A stretch of 64,000 nt of DNA from the human T2T-CHM13v2.0 reference genome, Homo sapiens: the NCBI RefSeq assembly GCF_009914755.1, contig NC_060927.1; one strand, given 5' to 3'. The position numbers and the translations under genes were made by a program. The notes under the pieces were generated by a model that worked only from the letters and a program-made list of their open reading frames with translations, searched no databases and was not told the DNA's origin. Shown here one piece after another: positions 14,681-29,052 of this stretch; position 1 is the stretch's first letter, and each line of letters starts with the position of its first letter.

Positions 14681-15435
14681 GAAACAGTCCCAACAAGGGT
14701 GTTCATTCTAATCATAACTTGGTATGGTAATTGCCTGCCTTTTGAAAAGAGCCTTTATAAAAAGTAAAACAAAATGAAAGAAAACCACTGAAATTTTGTA
14801 TATCTTAGCAGCTTTAGGACAACATCATGGAAGAGGGTAAAGTTCCAAAAAAATAATAATAATAATAATAACCTTTTGAGGGAGTGCATAATCTCGAGAT
14901 GGGTGAGACTTGCTTTACAAACATATTCATGTCTTTAATAGACAGAAGAACAAGATACAGGAATAGAAAGATAGGAACATTCTTATGGAAACAGTGTGAG
15001 GAAATAGTCTACATCACAATTAGACTATATATATGATAACAGATGTGAACCTAGTGCTGTAAAATTATACTTTTAATTTTGCAAACTTCAATGTGCAATT
15101 AACCTGAATTTTTACCTGATAGAAAAGTGATTTACTTACCATGAACAATCACTTTAAAAGAAAAAACAACAAAGATAAAATACACTTATAAAACTTACTT
15201 TTCTTTCTTATGACAAAGGCAATACACATTTTTAGTTGAATATATAGAAAATATTTAGAAAATTTAGAATAAAAGAAGAACATAAAAAGTACAGCACCCC
15301 AAGATCATTACTGCTTACATTTTCATGTATATCCATCGACTCTTTTCTTCTATCCATGTAGTCATACTTGAGAGAGTCAAAAATGGAATCATAATATACA
15401 TATTTTTCTTTTGCTTAAAAAAATACAGCATATGC

Positions 15436-15934
<499 letters not shown>

Positions 15935-16689
15935 TTACCAACTTATTTTTAATCACTGCAAATCTTCCATTATACAATGTATGTATCTCAACACTGTCAT
16001 GAAATTGGCTAGTTAAGTTTACTCCTTTGCTCTTATTATACCAGAAAAAAAACTATGATAGACATTTTTGGGGTGAGAAATCTTTACACATGTCCATTGA
16101 CATTTCCTTAAGGGAATTTTCTTGAAATGGAAGTGCTTCATCAGATTTATTCAGAATTTTAAAAACATTTAATACACACTGCCAACTAGCTCTTAGGAAG
16201 AAAACAATGCAGTTTTGAAAGGTACACATTAACCAGTTAGTTACATTACCTTGACCTGAAATTTCTTTTGGTTTGTTGTTTCCATTTCCATAATAACCCC
16301 ACTGAGTTCTCTTGTATCTTTTTTAGTATTCTATAATCGATGTTTGCTCATGAGGATGTCTGCCCCAAGCTGGCCAGACTATTAGCCTGAATGCTCAGCA
16401 CAGCACTAGACGCTAAAGAGATGAGAGAAGGATGAATAGTTAAATGGAAACATATGCCTTTCACTAGATAAATACTTCTTTAGAGCACTGTAGTGGAGGC
16501 AGTATCAATTTAATTTCTGACACATTAGACACTTTGACCACTAATTAAAACCTAAGCATGAAAAATTACTTGCTGCTTCTTATGGAAAATAACCCACAAC
16601 ATCCTTTGGCGTTAAACTATTTCCTAAAACTCCCAAATCTGTGCATAGCTGGCCAAAGTTTTAAAACTACATGCACCAACACCGGTGGG

Positions 16690-16970
16690 CTGTTATTATT
16701 ATGCTTAAGGTTTTATTAGTGGCATTACATAATAATGCTTTTGTAATATTTTGATATAATATAGCTCATCATATAATAATTCTCATATAATATTTTGCAA
16801 ATCCATCCCACACGGACCATGTTTTTATTTATATTTGTGGTATTTTATTCATCATGATTTTTTGTATTAATTTTGATTTTTAAAAATATCTCCTTAAATG
16901 TTACTTGGACCCCTTAAGTCTTGCACCCAATATGACTGCCTGACTTGCTTTACCCTAGTTCTAGTCCTAG
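16690..16970 (-). mobile_element. Possible hAT-Tip100-type fossil
   Basis: Terminal-like cccttaagtcttgcaccc...tgcctgacttgctttaccctagttctagtcct. Confidence 0.35.
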
Positions 16971-17959
16971 AAGTTAACTGTAACTTAAGATTTTTGAGCA
17001 GTAAGATGAAAGTTATAACTTAAATTTTATACAGGTAATATCAAGTAATATCACTTAATCAAATAACATTTGCTTTAATTTTTACTGGTATAGTTAATTA
17101 TTTTTCTTCTAGGTGTTACTATGTAATCAAGAACATATTCAAGTCACTGTACCTGTGGGCGTGGTATGAAATATGCTTGCTTTTCGTAGGCAACAACAGG
17201 GGACGTTTTGAGTCAGGGAGCTATTCATACCAATACTTTCCTTTATCCATTCAAAGTTCTTCCTTTTGTTCAATTACTAATTCAAAAAATACCCTTTGAT
17301 TGCTGTTGTGTGATAGGAACCATGACAGGTAAATGCTATGTATGAATAAAAATGAGTAAAACATAATGTTTACCATCAAGTTGTTCCACGTTTGCTAGTG
17401 GAGGGACACAGTCCGTATGAAGATCAAATTAAACCCAGAGTTTAAATGGGACCAGAGAGGAAAGATGGGGACACCTGGAACACAGGAAAGATGTGGTCAT
17501 GCCTAAGTTGTCTCTTCAGGAGTGAATTTTGTGCATGTGTTACACTCACCACACGCCACCACACACACCCCCACACAAACACACACAGAGATGCATTCTT
17601 TAGAATTTAGCCCATAACCATTGCCTTGGGAAGACTTAGATGTTTTGGCCAATGTACATTTAATCTAGGTCAAATTTTGCAAAACAAAACATGGAGTGCA
17701 TTTGTTTGAGCAGGGGAATAATGCTGTCTTGGTCTTGAAGCCCATATGGCATCATGCATAGATTGAGAATCATCATGTCTGCTGAATTATGTTATCACTG
17801 ACTTCAAAGTTTATCATTGATGAGCAGCAGCTGTTGCCAGGAATAGTAAATCACATCTTGCATTTTTATAAGAAATGGTATCATGGCTTTTCTGAATAAC
17901 TGATTTTTAATAGAAGGCATAAGTCATCACTACACTATATATAGGAAGGGTATAGATTT

Positions 17960-18350
17960 ACTTATTCATTTTTGACAATTTTATTTGATTTCAAAATATT
18001 TCATTGAATGTTCACTATGTGCACATGAATAAGCTTAAGTCCCTATTTTTAAGGAGCTTAAAATCCATTTAGGAAAAGGACATGTCTGTAACTAGAGTTT
18101 AAAGCCCAATGTCGTATGTGTTGAGTACAGATACAAATCACTTGGATGGGAAATGAGTGGGAAAAACAAAAAGCTCAGGCCAGAACTAGGGAAGAAAAGA
18201 GGACTTTGTAGAGAAGGGAGCATTTGGCTCGAACTTTGTTGGCTGTGCAGGATTTGTTTCATTTAGGTGGTAAAACACTGCAAGGCATTTGATGCCAAGA
18301 AGATAGGATGGGCAAGAAAATTATGAAGGTAAATAAATGCCAGTTTGGGG
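17960..18350 (-). mobile_element. L2 fragment
   Basis: aaatatttcattgaatgttcactatgtgc...aaggagctta. Confidence 0.5.
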
Positions 18351-18381
18351 AATTGGGAAGTAATTAGGCATTGCTATTGAT

Positions 18382-18557
18382 CAGTGCTTCTCAACCCTGG
18401 CTGCACACTGGAATCATCAGGAGAGTCTTGAAAATACTGGTGCCTGAGTTTAACCCTCAGAGACTCTGATTTAATTGGTTTTTGGTATGGCTTATGCATC
18501 AGAATTTTTAAAAGTTCCCCAAATTATTCTCATATGCAGCCAGGGTTGAGAACTTCT
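18382..18557. mobile_element. MER5B-like MITE with intact terminal inverted repeats
   Basis: cagtgcttctcaaccctggctgca ... tgcagccagggttgagaacttctg; about 176 bp. Confidence 0.85.
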
Positions 18558-18596
18558 GCTGTAGACTAATAACTTAGCCTGGTTCTACGGGAGGTA

Positions 18597-18627
<31 letters not shown>

Positions 18628-19265
18628 GAAAACAGAACATGCTTTTCCTGTGCTGAAAAAGAGCAGAGAATTTAAAAGAATATTCCTATTAGTTCATGTG
18701 GAAAATGTTAAGAGTCAGGGATTCTCATTTACATTTACAAATGAAAAAATGAGCTAGTCAAAGAAGGCTTGAAACTAAGGTAACATGACCGGTCTCTAGA
18801 ACTCATCGTGAGAAAGGACAGGGTTTGAGGATAAGGAGAGAAAACTTTGATTACAAGAGTAAGAAAATTATAATGAAAAGAGGAGTCAGCAGTTTGGCTC
18901 TTCATGTTTGTCTTTGGCTTGAATTGGAAAGTATGGAAACTTCATCTAAAACTAGTCTTTTTTTTTTTTTTTTTTCCTTTCATCAACTACCAAATGTGTA
19001 TATGAGAAAGGGCACACACAAAGGGAAGTGAATAAAGTAGGGCGGGTGAGCTTTACTCAGAATAGATGAAGGGGAAGTACACAGCCACTGTGATATCCTT
19101 TCTCACCTTGAATTGGTCTTGTAGGCACAAGGCTTCCTGGATTCTTGAAAAATTCCTACCTTCTCACCATTCAGGTCTTGTTAATTCTGCCTTCTTAATT
19201 CAGTAGTGACTCCTACATTCTGTCAGATGATAGCCTTCTTTAGGAAACAAAACGAAACCTGCTCA

Positions 19266-19597
<332 letters not shown>

Positions 19598-20299
19598 AAC
19601 TTGGAAAAATAAAATTGAATCTTCTTCTTCAAAAAATATATATACTTCCAAGCCAGTGTTTCTCAACTTTTGGGATTATTCTAGCACTCAGACATGCTTC
19701 AGCCATGACATGCTCACCCATTCCCCACTGCAGTTACAACTCTTCACACTGCATTGTGTGCTCTTTAATGGTCCCAGTGGTCATAGTTGTTTTGTTTTAT
19801 TTTCATTGCCTAGCACAATGCCACACATATATTCAATAAATGTAATACTTTTACTTCTAGGTTCCAAACAAGACCTTGTTTCCATGGACTTGTAATACCT
19901 AAATAAAGAACAAACTCTTGTAACATTTAATTTTCATTAATTTTCTGTCTTTCCATATTCCATAGTGTCCTCCCACTTCATTCTGGTTTTCACCATAAAA
20001 GATTTAGTTTATAACAGTTTTTTTTTTTTTTTGTGGTAGTAAATATCTGAATTTTTTTCCCTTCATTGTTATCTTTAGTGAACGGCTCTTGCAGGAAGTT
20101 TATCAGTGTCAACTCACTCATCTGCATCTGAAACGTTCGATGATGGATTGTCACTCAAGGGAACCATTATATTTCCATACGTAGAGAAGTTCCTTTGCCA
20201 ATCACAACAAAATGATACAATAACCGTTAATACAGAAAGAATGAGTATGCCTCTACCTGCTCTTATCTTACTGCTTCTCTTTAGGTCCTACTCAGTACT

Positions 20300-20975
20300 T
20301 CCTTTCTAAAGAGACAGCTTCCTAATTTCCCTACCTCCTAATGTATCCACTGTCTTCCCTCTCCATTTCCTTCAAATACATAACTGCCAGATACATTTTT
20401 CTTAACTAGAGGTATGATAGTCATTTTCTTACTCAAATCTTTCAGTGGATCTCTATTTCTAACTCAGATGTGTCCTTCTGACTTGGATATTTGTAAAGAA
20501 CTTCACGCTCTCGCCCAGCTTTCCCTTCCCGAAGCTTGTCCTGCTCACCTTTACATGAGGCTCCAGCTTATTGTGCCTATTAGGTGCACTTTCAATACAG
20601 CACATTCTTTCCTGCCACCTTGGCTTTGTCTTAGCTACTTCCTTCCTATGAAATGTCTGGATTCCCATCAATAGAACATTAACTCATCCTCAAGGTCAGT
20701 TCAAAATCAGTTCCTTCATGAGGAATTCCCCAATTCCTGTAAATAAACATGATCTCTCCCTTCCTAATCTCTCCTTAGATTAGGAAATCTCAGTTCTGAG
20801 AAATAGAACTGTCTTTCTGTTTCTCTCAGGGTCTTCCGCTTGGCTTGTTTTATAAATATCTATAGCCTACACTATCTCCTGAGATGATAAAGGCCTTGAG
20901 GAAATGGTAGGTACATTTGGTACCTACCTTGAGGAAATGGTAGCAACACAGTAGGCATGCCTCAAGTATTTGAGA
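20300..20975 (+). mobile_element. L2 fragment
   Basis: gtcattttcttactcaaatctttcagtgg...aactcatcctcaaggtcag...acacagtaggcatgcctcaagtatttg. Confidence 0.55.
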
Positions 20976-21473
20976 CATGTTTCCTTAAAGTGTAGTGAAA
21001 TATTAGGGCTTAGGGGGATAAGTTATATTCTTTTACATTCGAAATATTAGAAAGGAAGCCTAATGGGAAGGCAAAGAAATTACCTAATATAGGGCTTTGT
21101 ATTCCTATAATTTTGAACTCTAAAATCACTATGTTTTTCCTTGCACCAGCCTTCACCTCCCTACCCCCATATACACACTCACATATGTACACACGGGTAT
21201 AGAGGGGACTTTTGGTCTGCATAAAAGATAAGCAGACTAACTCACTATGATTATTCTGAATCAGATAAAAATATGTAACACCCTTGACATGAAAACAGTC
21301 TTTGGTGAAGAAGAAAAACTTCATTAACGGTTCTTTAAAACAGTTATAATCCCTTTACTATGCTACTTTGGAAAGGAAATATAAAACAGTATGATTACAT
21401 ATTTAAGAAGAAAACTATAATGTATTTCAGCTCCTCCTGGTAAAATGTGGAATAAAAAGTAATCTGGACCTAC

Positions 21474-21507
<34 letters not shown>

Positions 21508-22289
21508 CCCAAACAGCTTCTGCTCAGTACACGGCAAAACTGTGAACATTTGAACATTTAGTGACATCTGGGCAAGAAAAGTCAGCCGGAAAAACAATCT
21601 GTTTTTGTGACACATTTTTGAGATGAATTCAAAGAGCAACTTTTAAGGACAAAAAAGCAAATTAGTGTTTTATGTTGGGGAGAATATTTTATTCTTCCTT
21701 TTTCAGGGCTGCAACTCAGTAACCGCATCCCATATAATGCTGGCACTTATGTCTCATAAATACTCTGTAGGTTTAGTGACATGGCTCTTCTGGGAGCTTT
21801 CCCTAGGCAACTAACATTGCCACTTCTAGATTTTGCTTTCAATGATAGGCCTAGTAAAAGTTGGATGTCCCTGATATGTAATGGTAACAACTGAAAATGC
21901 CATTCTAATATTTTCTGTAGCAAAGAATGAAAGAGCTAAAGGGGTTTTCTTTATTAAGTCAGCCTAGGTAACTCAAATATTCTCCTTCATTCTCCTTTCC
22001 AGCTTTCTGTTGATTTTATTGCGATTAAAACACCATCAAATGAAAAGATGAATTTACTGTTAAAACTTAAAGTTTCTTATGTACAGTCCAGCTATTGCAT
22101 TACCAAAAGATGCCAAAGGAAAATGAAGTGTTCTCTCTATATGGAGATTGAATTTAAAAATTCATCTTATTTTTTAAATGCCTGGCACATTAGCCTACAC
22201 ATACTTTTAAACTGTGTTCCCTCTTCACCAGCTCTACTCTTACTGTTTCGATTCAAGTCCTGGAATGGAGAGGATTACTTTCTTCTGGA

Positions 22290-22800
22290 TGTATCCCTGC
22301 CTCCTCCCTCACCCTCATCAAATTCACCCTCCACTCTGCCACCACAGAGATGCTTCAAAAAGTACATTAGATCATGTCATCTGTTGAAATTCTGAGGTTT
22401 CTCTTTGTCAGGCCATCTAAGGCTTGTGAAGACCTGGCCTTGCCTTAGTTCTCACCATTTTTCCTCTTGCAGCCCTGTCCCCAGTACATACAGTCAGGCC
22501 AGACTGCGTCCTGTCCCCTGAACCTATGATACTCTGCTGGGCTTTCATTTCCTCTCCTGAATGTTCTCGCTTTTTGCTCCCAGGCTGTTTCCTATTCAAC
22601 CTCTCATTCTCAGTTCAGGCCTCACCTCTGTAGAGATGCTTTCTTGGCCCCCTCTCATGTGCCACAGCCTCTTGTGATTCTTCTTTCATAGATCTTGCCC
22701 CACTATACTGTGATAGTGACTTCCTGCCTCTCCATCTAGGCAGTGAGCTCCATGAGGATCACTTGCTATGTCTTTTTTTGGTCTGTCTTTCAATATTTCC
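22290..22800 (+). mobile_element. L2 fragment
   Basis: ctccactctgccaccacagagatgcttc...agatcatgtc...ctaggcagtgagctccatgagg. Confidence 0.55.
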
Positions 22801-22887
22801 CAGAACAGGACCATGAACTGGGGAGGTGTTGATTATGTCTTTGTTAAAATAACATCCAATCTATATTGCTTAAAAGTAGCTCACACA

Positions 22888-23224
<337 letters not shown>

Positions 23225-24574
23225 TTAAATTAATTATCCTTTTTCTATACCTGCTTCAAAACAAATAATACAGTACCCAAAGCCATTCAACAGGCTTGAG
23301 CACAAGACCATAAACAAATCAGTTTAGTTCACTAAACACTCTTCATTTTCTAATACACAGCAGATATTTCTGATTTCAGTTGCAGAGCTATTCTGATTGG
23401 CTCATTTTAGTAGTTATGTTTGATCAAATTGATTAGAGGAAACCACACTCCATGAAGGGGTGATCAGAAAAATTGGTGCTTGTTGGTCTCTGATGAAAAA
23501 TGGACAAGCCTATTTAGCATATCACCTAAAGCTACCTCAGGAATGTTTTGGAAAACTGTTCTGCAGCTGAGTCTGCAGTCAGGGTCCACAGCCTAGAGAG
23601 GAAATCACATACTTGGAGGCGGTGCTCTAAAGAAGTGTTACTGATGGTGATGAAAATGTGCACCGAAAGAGATCAATGAAACAGGAGCTGTTTGACCCAT
23701 TGCATGAACTGCACTCCACGTTAGGTTTCCGTTGTGTACACTCCTCATTGTATTCACCATCTATTCCCACTCTCCAGGATATACGCACTCACACAGACAA
23801 AACAGACACACAAACACACACACTCCAGCAAGATTTAGGTAGGAAGTAACCCAGCCAGGAGAGATAGACACAGTGAGATCTAGAGATTCTATTTTTATAA
23901 AGGCCTTGCAACTTGCAATCAGAAATGATGTCAGGGAAAGTGGCGATTGCTGTTTGATTGGGTGAATCTACCATTAATTAGTAAGAAAAGCTCTGTTGGT
24001 ATTTTGAACAAAAGTTATTATTATGATTAGGACAGTTGCCTCATTTGTCAGGAAATTCAAACTGTAATTTTTAGCGGTGATTTAAGGTTAACAGGTGAAG
24101 AAGCTATGCTCCCAAGTTCAATTAAAGAAAAGATAACTAAGGATTTACGTATGTTACTATATATGTCTTTCCCGTTAGGCTCTAAATTCCTTGAAGGCAG
24201 ATATGAAAGTACAGCTACTGCACTGATGGTGACCAAAATTCCATGCCTCTTGTACATGACTATGTCTAGACTGGGGCATTTCTTATCATAGAAAAATATG
24301 AGCCTGGCTCAAATATTGTTTTATTTTTACTTGAAGTGCAATCTCTTTTGGAGTGGATCTGTTTAGATTATTTCCAAGGGTTTTTTTGAAGAGTCATAAA
24401 GGATGCACTTGAAGGCTGTCTGATCATTCCTTGACATGGGCAGAATTATGGGGAGCATTTGATGAACTGAGTACCCAGCTAAGTCAGGCAGCTGTGGGCA
24501 GTGGAAAAGAATGATGGATGTGAGCTGGGCTGGGAGGCAGGGAATGGGAAGCAGTCAGAGGAGGGAGGGGCTTT

Positions 24575-25005
24575 CTTATGCTTTATTTCACCAAATCCTC
24601 ACAAGAAACTTGCAATGGAAATTGTATTGTTCCCTTTTATATGTGAAAACACGGAGGCTCCTGGAGACTGAGAGATTTGTTCGCATAGGCGATGCATGGA
24701 AGAGGCAGGGTCTAAACCCAGGTAGTTTGAAGCAGTGCTCTTCTTTACATGCTACAATACATAGCCTTACCCACAGCAGACTTGGAAGTCACTGTGCTTG
24801 AATTTTCTTTGGCTTTGACAGTGTGTGGCATTGGGCAAATCACTTAATGTCTCAGGATTTGTTTCCTCAGCACCCAGCACAACAATGCCTTCCCTGTGTT
24901 CATTACAGTAGTGTTGCAGTGGCCTAACAAAATAGCACAAGTCAGAAATCACTTTGTATTTGTAAATTACAAAACATGAAATGAATATAAAGGGTTATTA
25001 TTATA
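24575..25005. mobile_element. Two MIR fragments in opposite orientation
   Basis: cccttttatatgtgaaaacacggaggctc (-); ttgggcaaatcacttaatgtctc (+). Confidence 0.55.
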
Positions 25006-25934
25006 CTTACGGCCCTCAGCCTACACCTGAAGAAAGAGCAAAGCAATTTGAGAGACACTGCTAGTGTGGAGTATGAACTTGCATTTGCAATTTCATAAAG
25101 ACTTTTTTTTTTTTTTTTGCTGCAAGGGTCTATTGATTATAACTGCCAGTCTTCAGTGCACTGCTTATCTTACATACAATTAATTATTCCATAAATCAAA
25201 TAAGCGAGTTGTTGGCAAATGACATCTGCAATCTTTGAGCTGACAGCAAAATATATTATGAACCATAAATATCTCAGGCCAACTTTTCTTTTCTAGACAT
25301 TTTGGTGCTGCTACCCAGGAAGAGATTATTACCGTGAAAAAACACTTGTGCTTGCTGATGATAACAGAACATGTTCAGCCCTCTCAGCAACCGAGGGGGC
25401 AGCTCTTTAATTTCTGATCTCAGGTCAGCAGGCTCATTTGACAAGACCAAAGTGGGATAATAGAGACATCATCAAAATAATTTGTCAGGCCTGCTAACAT
25501 ACTTTGTTCTGAGAACTCTGGTCTCTGAATACTACTTTTCTGATCTTATGTGACCCTAATTCCTGCCTTTGCTAACACACCTGGAATAGTGCCTGGCACA
25601 TAGTAGATACTCAACAAATGTCTACCTCAAACTCCAGTCTTAGACTATTTACTTTCTATTTCCTCAGCACTGTTGTCTGATTGTTTCTTCTCCTGAACAT
25701 CACTTGATTAATCTCTAGCATCTTATACTGTGTGCAGACCCTGCTGTGTTCTTCTGGGTTGAGTCTTAGCCTAAGGCCTTGGTTGTCTTATCGGCTTCCA
25801 GTCAGCTCACAACTGACCAGTTACAGTTTTGCACATGTTCCTGGCCCTCTACTGCTCTCTACCCTCCTGTGAAAGCATTGGCCTACCCAGGGGGAAGGGT
25901 GACGCTTTGCATAGCAATTGTAGTTGGGTGATTT

Positions 25935-25935
<1 letters not shown>

Positions 25936-25973
<38 letters not shown>

Positions 25974-27504
25974 TTTTTTTATTGATCATTCTTGGGTGTT
26001 TCTCGCAGAGGGGGATTTGGCAGGGTCACAGGACAATAGTGGAGGGAAGGTCAGCAGATAAACAAGTGAACAAAGGTCTCTGGTTTTCCTAGGCAGAGGA
26101 CCCTGCGGCCTTCCGCAGTGTTTGTGTCCCGCAGTGTTTGTGAGATTAGGGAGTGGTGATGACTCTTAATGAGCATGCTGCCTTCAAGCATCTGTTTAAC
26201 AAAGCACATCTTGCACTGCCCTTAATCCATTTAACCCTGAGTGGACACAGCACATGTTTCAGAGAGCACAGGGTTGGGGGTAAGATCACAGATCAACAGG
26301 ATCCCAAGGCAGAAAAATTTTTCTTAGTACAGAACAAAATGAAAAGTCTCCCATGTCTACCTCTTTCTACACAGACACGGCAACCATCCGATTTCTCAAT
26401 CTTTTCCCCACCTTTCCCCCCTTTCTATTCCACAAAACTGCCATTGTCATCATGGCCCGTTCTCAATGAGCTGTTGGGTACACCTCCCAGACGGGGTGGT
26501 GGCCGGGCAGAGGGGCTCCTCACTTCCCAGTAGGGGCGGCCGGGCAGAGGCGCCCCTCACCTTCCGGACGGGGCGGCTGGCCCGGCGGGGGGCTGACCCC
26601 CCCACCTCCCTCCCGGATGGGGCGGCTGGCCGGGCGGGGGGCTGACCCCCACACCTCCCTCCTGGACGGGGTGGCTGCCGGGCGGAGACGCTCCTTACTT
26701 CCCAGACGGGGTGGCTGCTGGGCGGAGGGGCTCCTCACTTCTCAGACAGGGCGGTTGCCAGGCAGAGGGTCTCCTCACTTCTCAGACGGGGCGGCCGGGC
26801 AGAGACGCTCCTCACATCCCGGACGGGGCGACAGGGCAGAGGCACTCCCCACATCTCAGACGATGGGTGGCCGGGCAGAGACGCTCCTCACTTCCTAGAT
26901 GGGATGGCGGCGGGGAAGAGGCGCTCCTCACTTCCTAGATGGGATGGCGGCTGGGCAGAGACGCTCCTCACTTTCCAGACTGGGCAGCCAGGCAGAGGGG
27001 CTCCTCACATCCCAGACGATGGGCGGCCAGGCAGAGACACTCCTCACTTCCCAGACGGGGTGGCGGCCGGGCAGAGGCTGCAATCTCGGCACTTTGGGAG
27101 GCCAAGGCAGGCTGCTGAGAGGTGGATGTTGTAGCGAGCCGAGATCACGCCACTGCACTCCAGCCTGGGCACCATTGAGCACTGAGTGAAGGAGACTCCG
27201 TCTGCAATCCCGGCACCTCGGGAGGCCGAGGCTGGCGGATCACTCGTGGTTAGGAGCTGGAGACCAGCCCGGCCAACACAGCGAAACCCCGTCTCCACCC
27301 AAAAAATATGAAAACCAGTCAGGCGTGGCGGCACGCGCCTGCAATCGCAGGCACTCGGCAGGCTGAGGCAGGAGAATCAGGCAGGGAGGTTGCAGTGAGC
27401 TGAGATGGCAGCAGTACAGTCCAGCTTCGGCTCGGCATCAGAGGGAGACCGTGGAAAGAGGGGAGAGGGAGAGGGAGAGGGAGAGGGAGAGGGAGAGGGA
27501 GAGC
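25936..27504 (-). mobile_element. Full-length SVA retrotransposon, SVA_D-like
   Basis: (CCCTCT)n hexamer ~27462-27503, Alu-like region, GC-rich VNTR ~26490-27080, SINE-R, (TAAA)n tail; perfect TSD gggtgatttt at 25926-25935 and 27505-27514. Confidence 0.97.
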
Positions 27505-27898
27505 GGGTGATTTTGACAGAATACAGTCACTCCTGGTGGCTTGATTTAATGTATTTTAACATAATCCACAAAATATGTTTTTCAATTTTTCAACAGGGTT
27601 ACACTTCTTAAGGAAATTTGCAATGTAATCTACTCATGACCTAAAGAGATATAAGTAGTTTTCAGTTATTTAACTTAGTAAATTGTCTGTATATTGGTAG
27701 ATTATAAAATATCTCTTTCAGTCTTTTACCATTCTAGTATTCCTTTGCTCTTTTTTCTTTACACATTATGCCAATTACAATGGAAATATCAATTTATTTC
27801 AACTTATCAATGTTTCTTTAAAACATCAAACTGCTCTGTATGCCCGTGCATACCAGCATAAAAAGGCCATACCATCACAATCTGTCATGAAATGTGTA

Positions 27899-28088
27899 CT
27901 GTATTCCGTTGATTCTAACATGCACATCTTTTAACATGTTAATATCTCTAAAATTGGCTGCATTTTACAATTGAAGGCATCTTAGTACTATTTCAGGATT
28001 GAATGGACCGTAATTTTTGTCTCTTAGGACTATATAAAATAGTGGCATATTATGCAACCAAAGGTACCTTAGAATTGATGAAAACCAG
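27899..28088. mobile_element. MER104-like TcMar MITE
   Basis: ctgtattccgttgattctaacatgc ... ccttagaattgatgaaaaccag imperfect terminal inverted repeats. Confidence 0.6.
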
Positions 28089-28122
28089 TCTAAATCTAAT
28101 CATAGCTAAAAGTTTTAATTCA

Positions 28123-28702
28123 TGTTTGGCAGATATTGTATGGTGTCTCATTCAGTCTCCCTCCATTCTCCTTTTGCTGTGCTTCTCTGTACTGTGGAAA
28201 TTCCAATGCTTAAAATTTTTTAATTTTCAATGTAGCTAGAGTTCTAACTAAGAATGGGGTTTAGCCAAATAGATGAGCACGCAAAACTTGGAATGTGGAA
28301 ATGAGACAAAGAGTGTCTTCCTGTCATTTTTGGGTGTGTGCTACTGGCAATCGGGATTCTGAAGACAGTATGTTCCTCTGCAAGAACATTCCAGTATCCT
28401 TTTTCCAGCTTCCTGTGTCCTAGAGGCAGCTATGGAAATGGCAGCAGCAAGTGGAATTTCAGCTTCCTGATCTCTGGAGCACTGTTCTGGGGTGTGCTTT
28501 CCCACTCAATAGTTCCAATGGTGGTATCAAAGTAGTGACTTTGTGTTGCTTTAGAAAAAATTCCTGGAGGCCCAGCCCATAATCAACTCTTCTAGCCTTT
28601 CCAACAATTTCATAAACACTGAATTCCCTTTATTGAATCCCTTGCTGCTTAGAATACCTAGAGTAGTTTTGGTTTTCTTTACTGGTGTATTTGACAATTA
28701 CA
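28123..28702 (+). mobile_element. LTR33-like ERVL solo LTR
   Basis: tgtttggcagatattg start; tattgaatcccttgctgcttagaatacctagagtagttttggttttc 3' motif. Confidence 0.6.
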
Positions 28703-28787
28703 TCAGATTATTATATGTACCCTAACACAAATAAATCTATCAGAGAAATAAGAGGACCTTTACCTGTTTTCTTTACATCGACTGTAG

Positions 28788-29052
<265 letters not shown>

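Noticed and set aside
18605-18626. Isolated A tract
   Set aside because: No poly-A signal, element body or TSD; an ordinary homopolymer.
26490-27080. Regularly spaced ~40-bp repeats superficially like a CRISPR array
   Set aside because: SVA VNTR: tandem units without unique spacers, in a primate genome.
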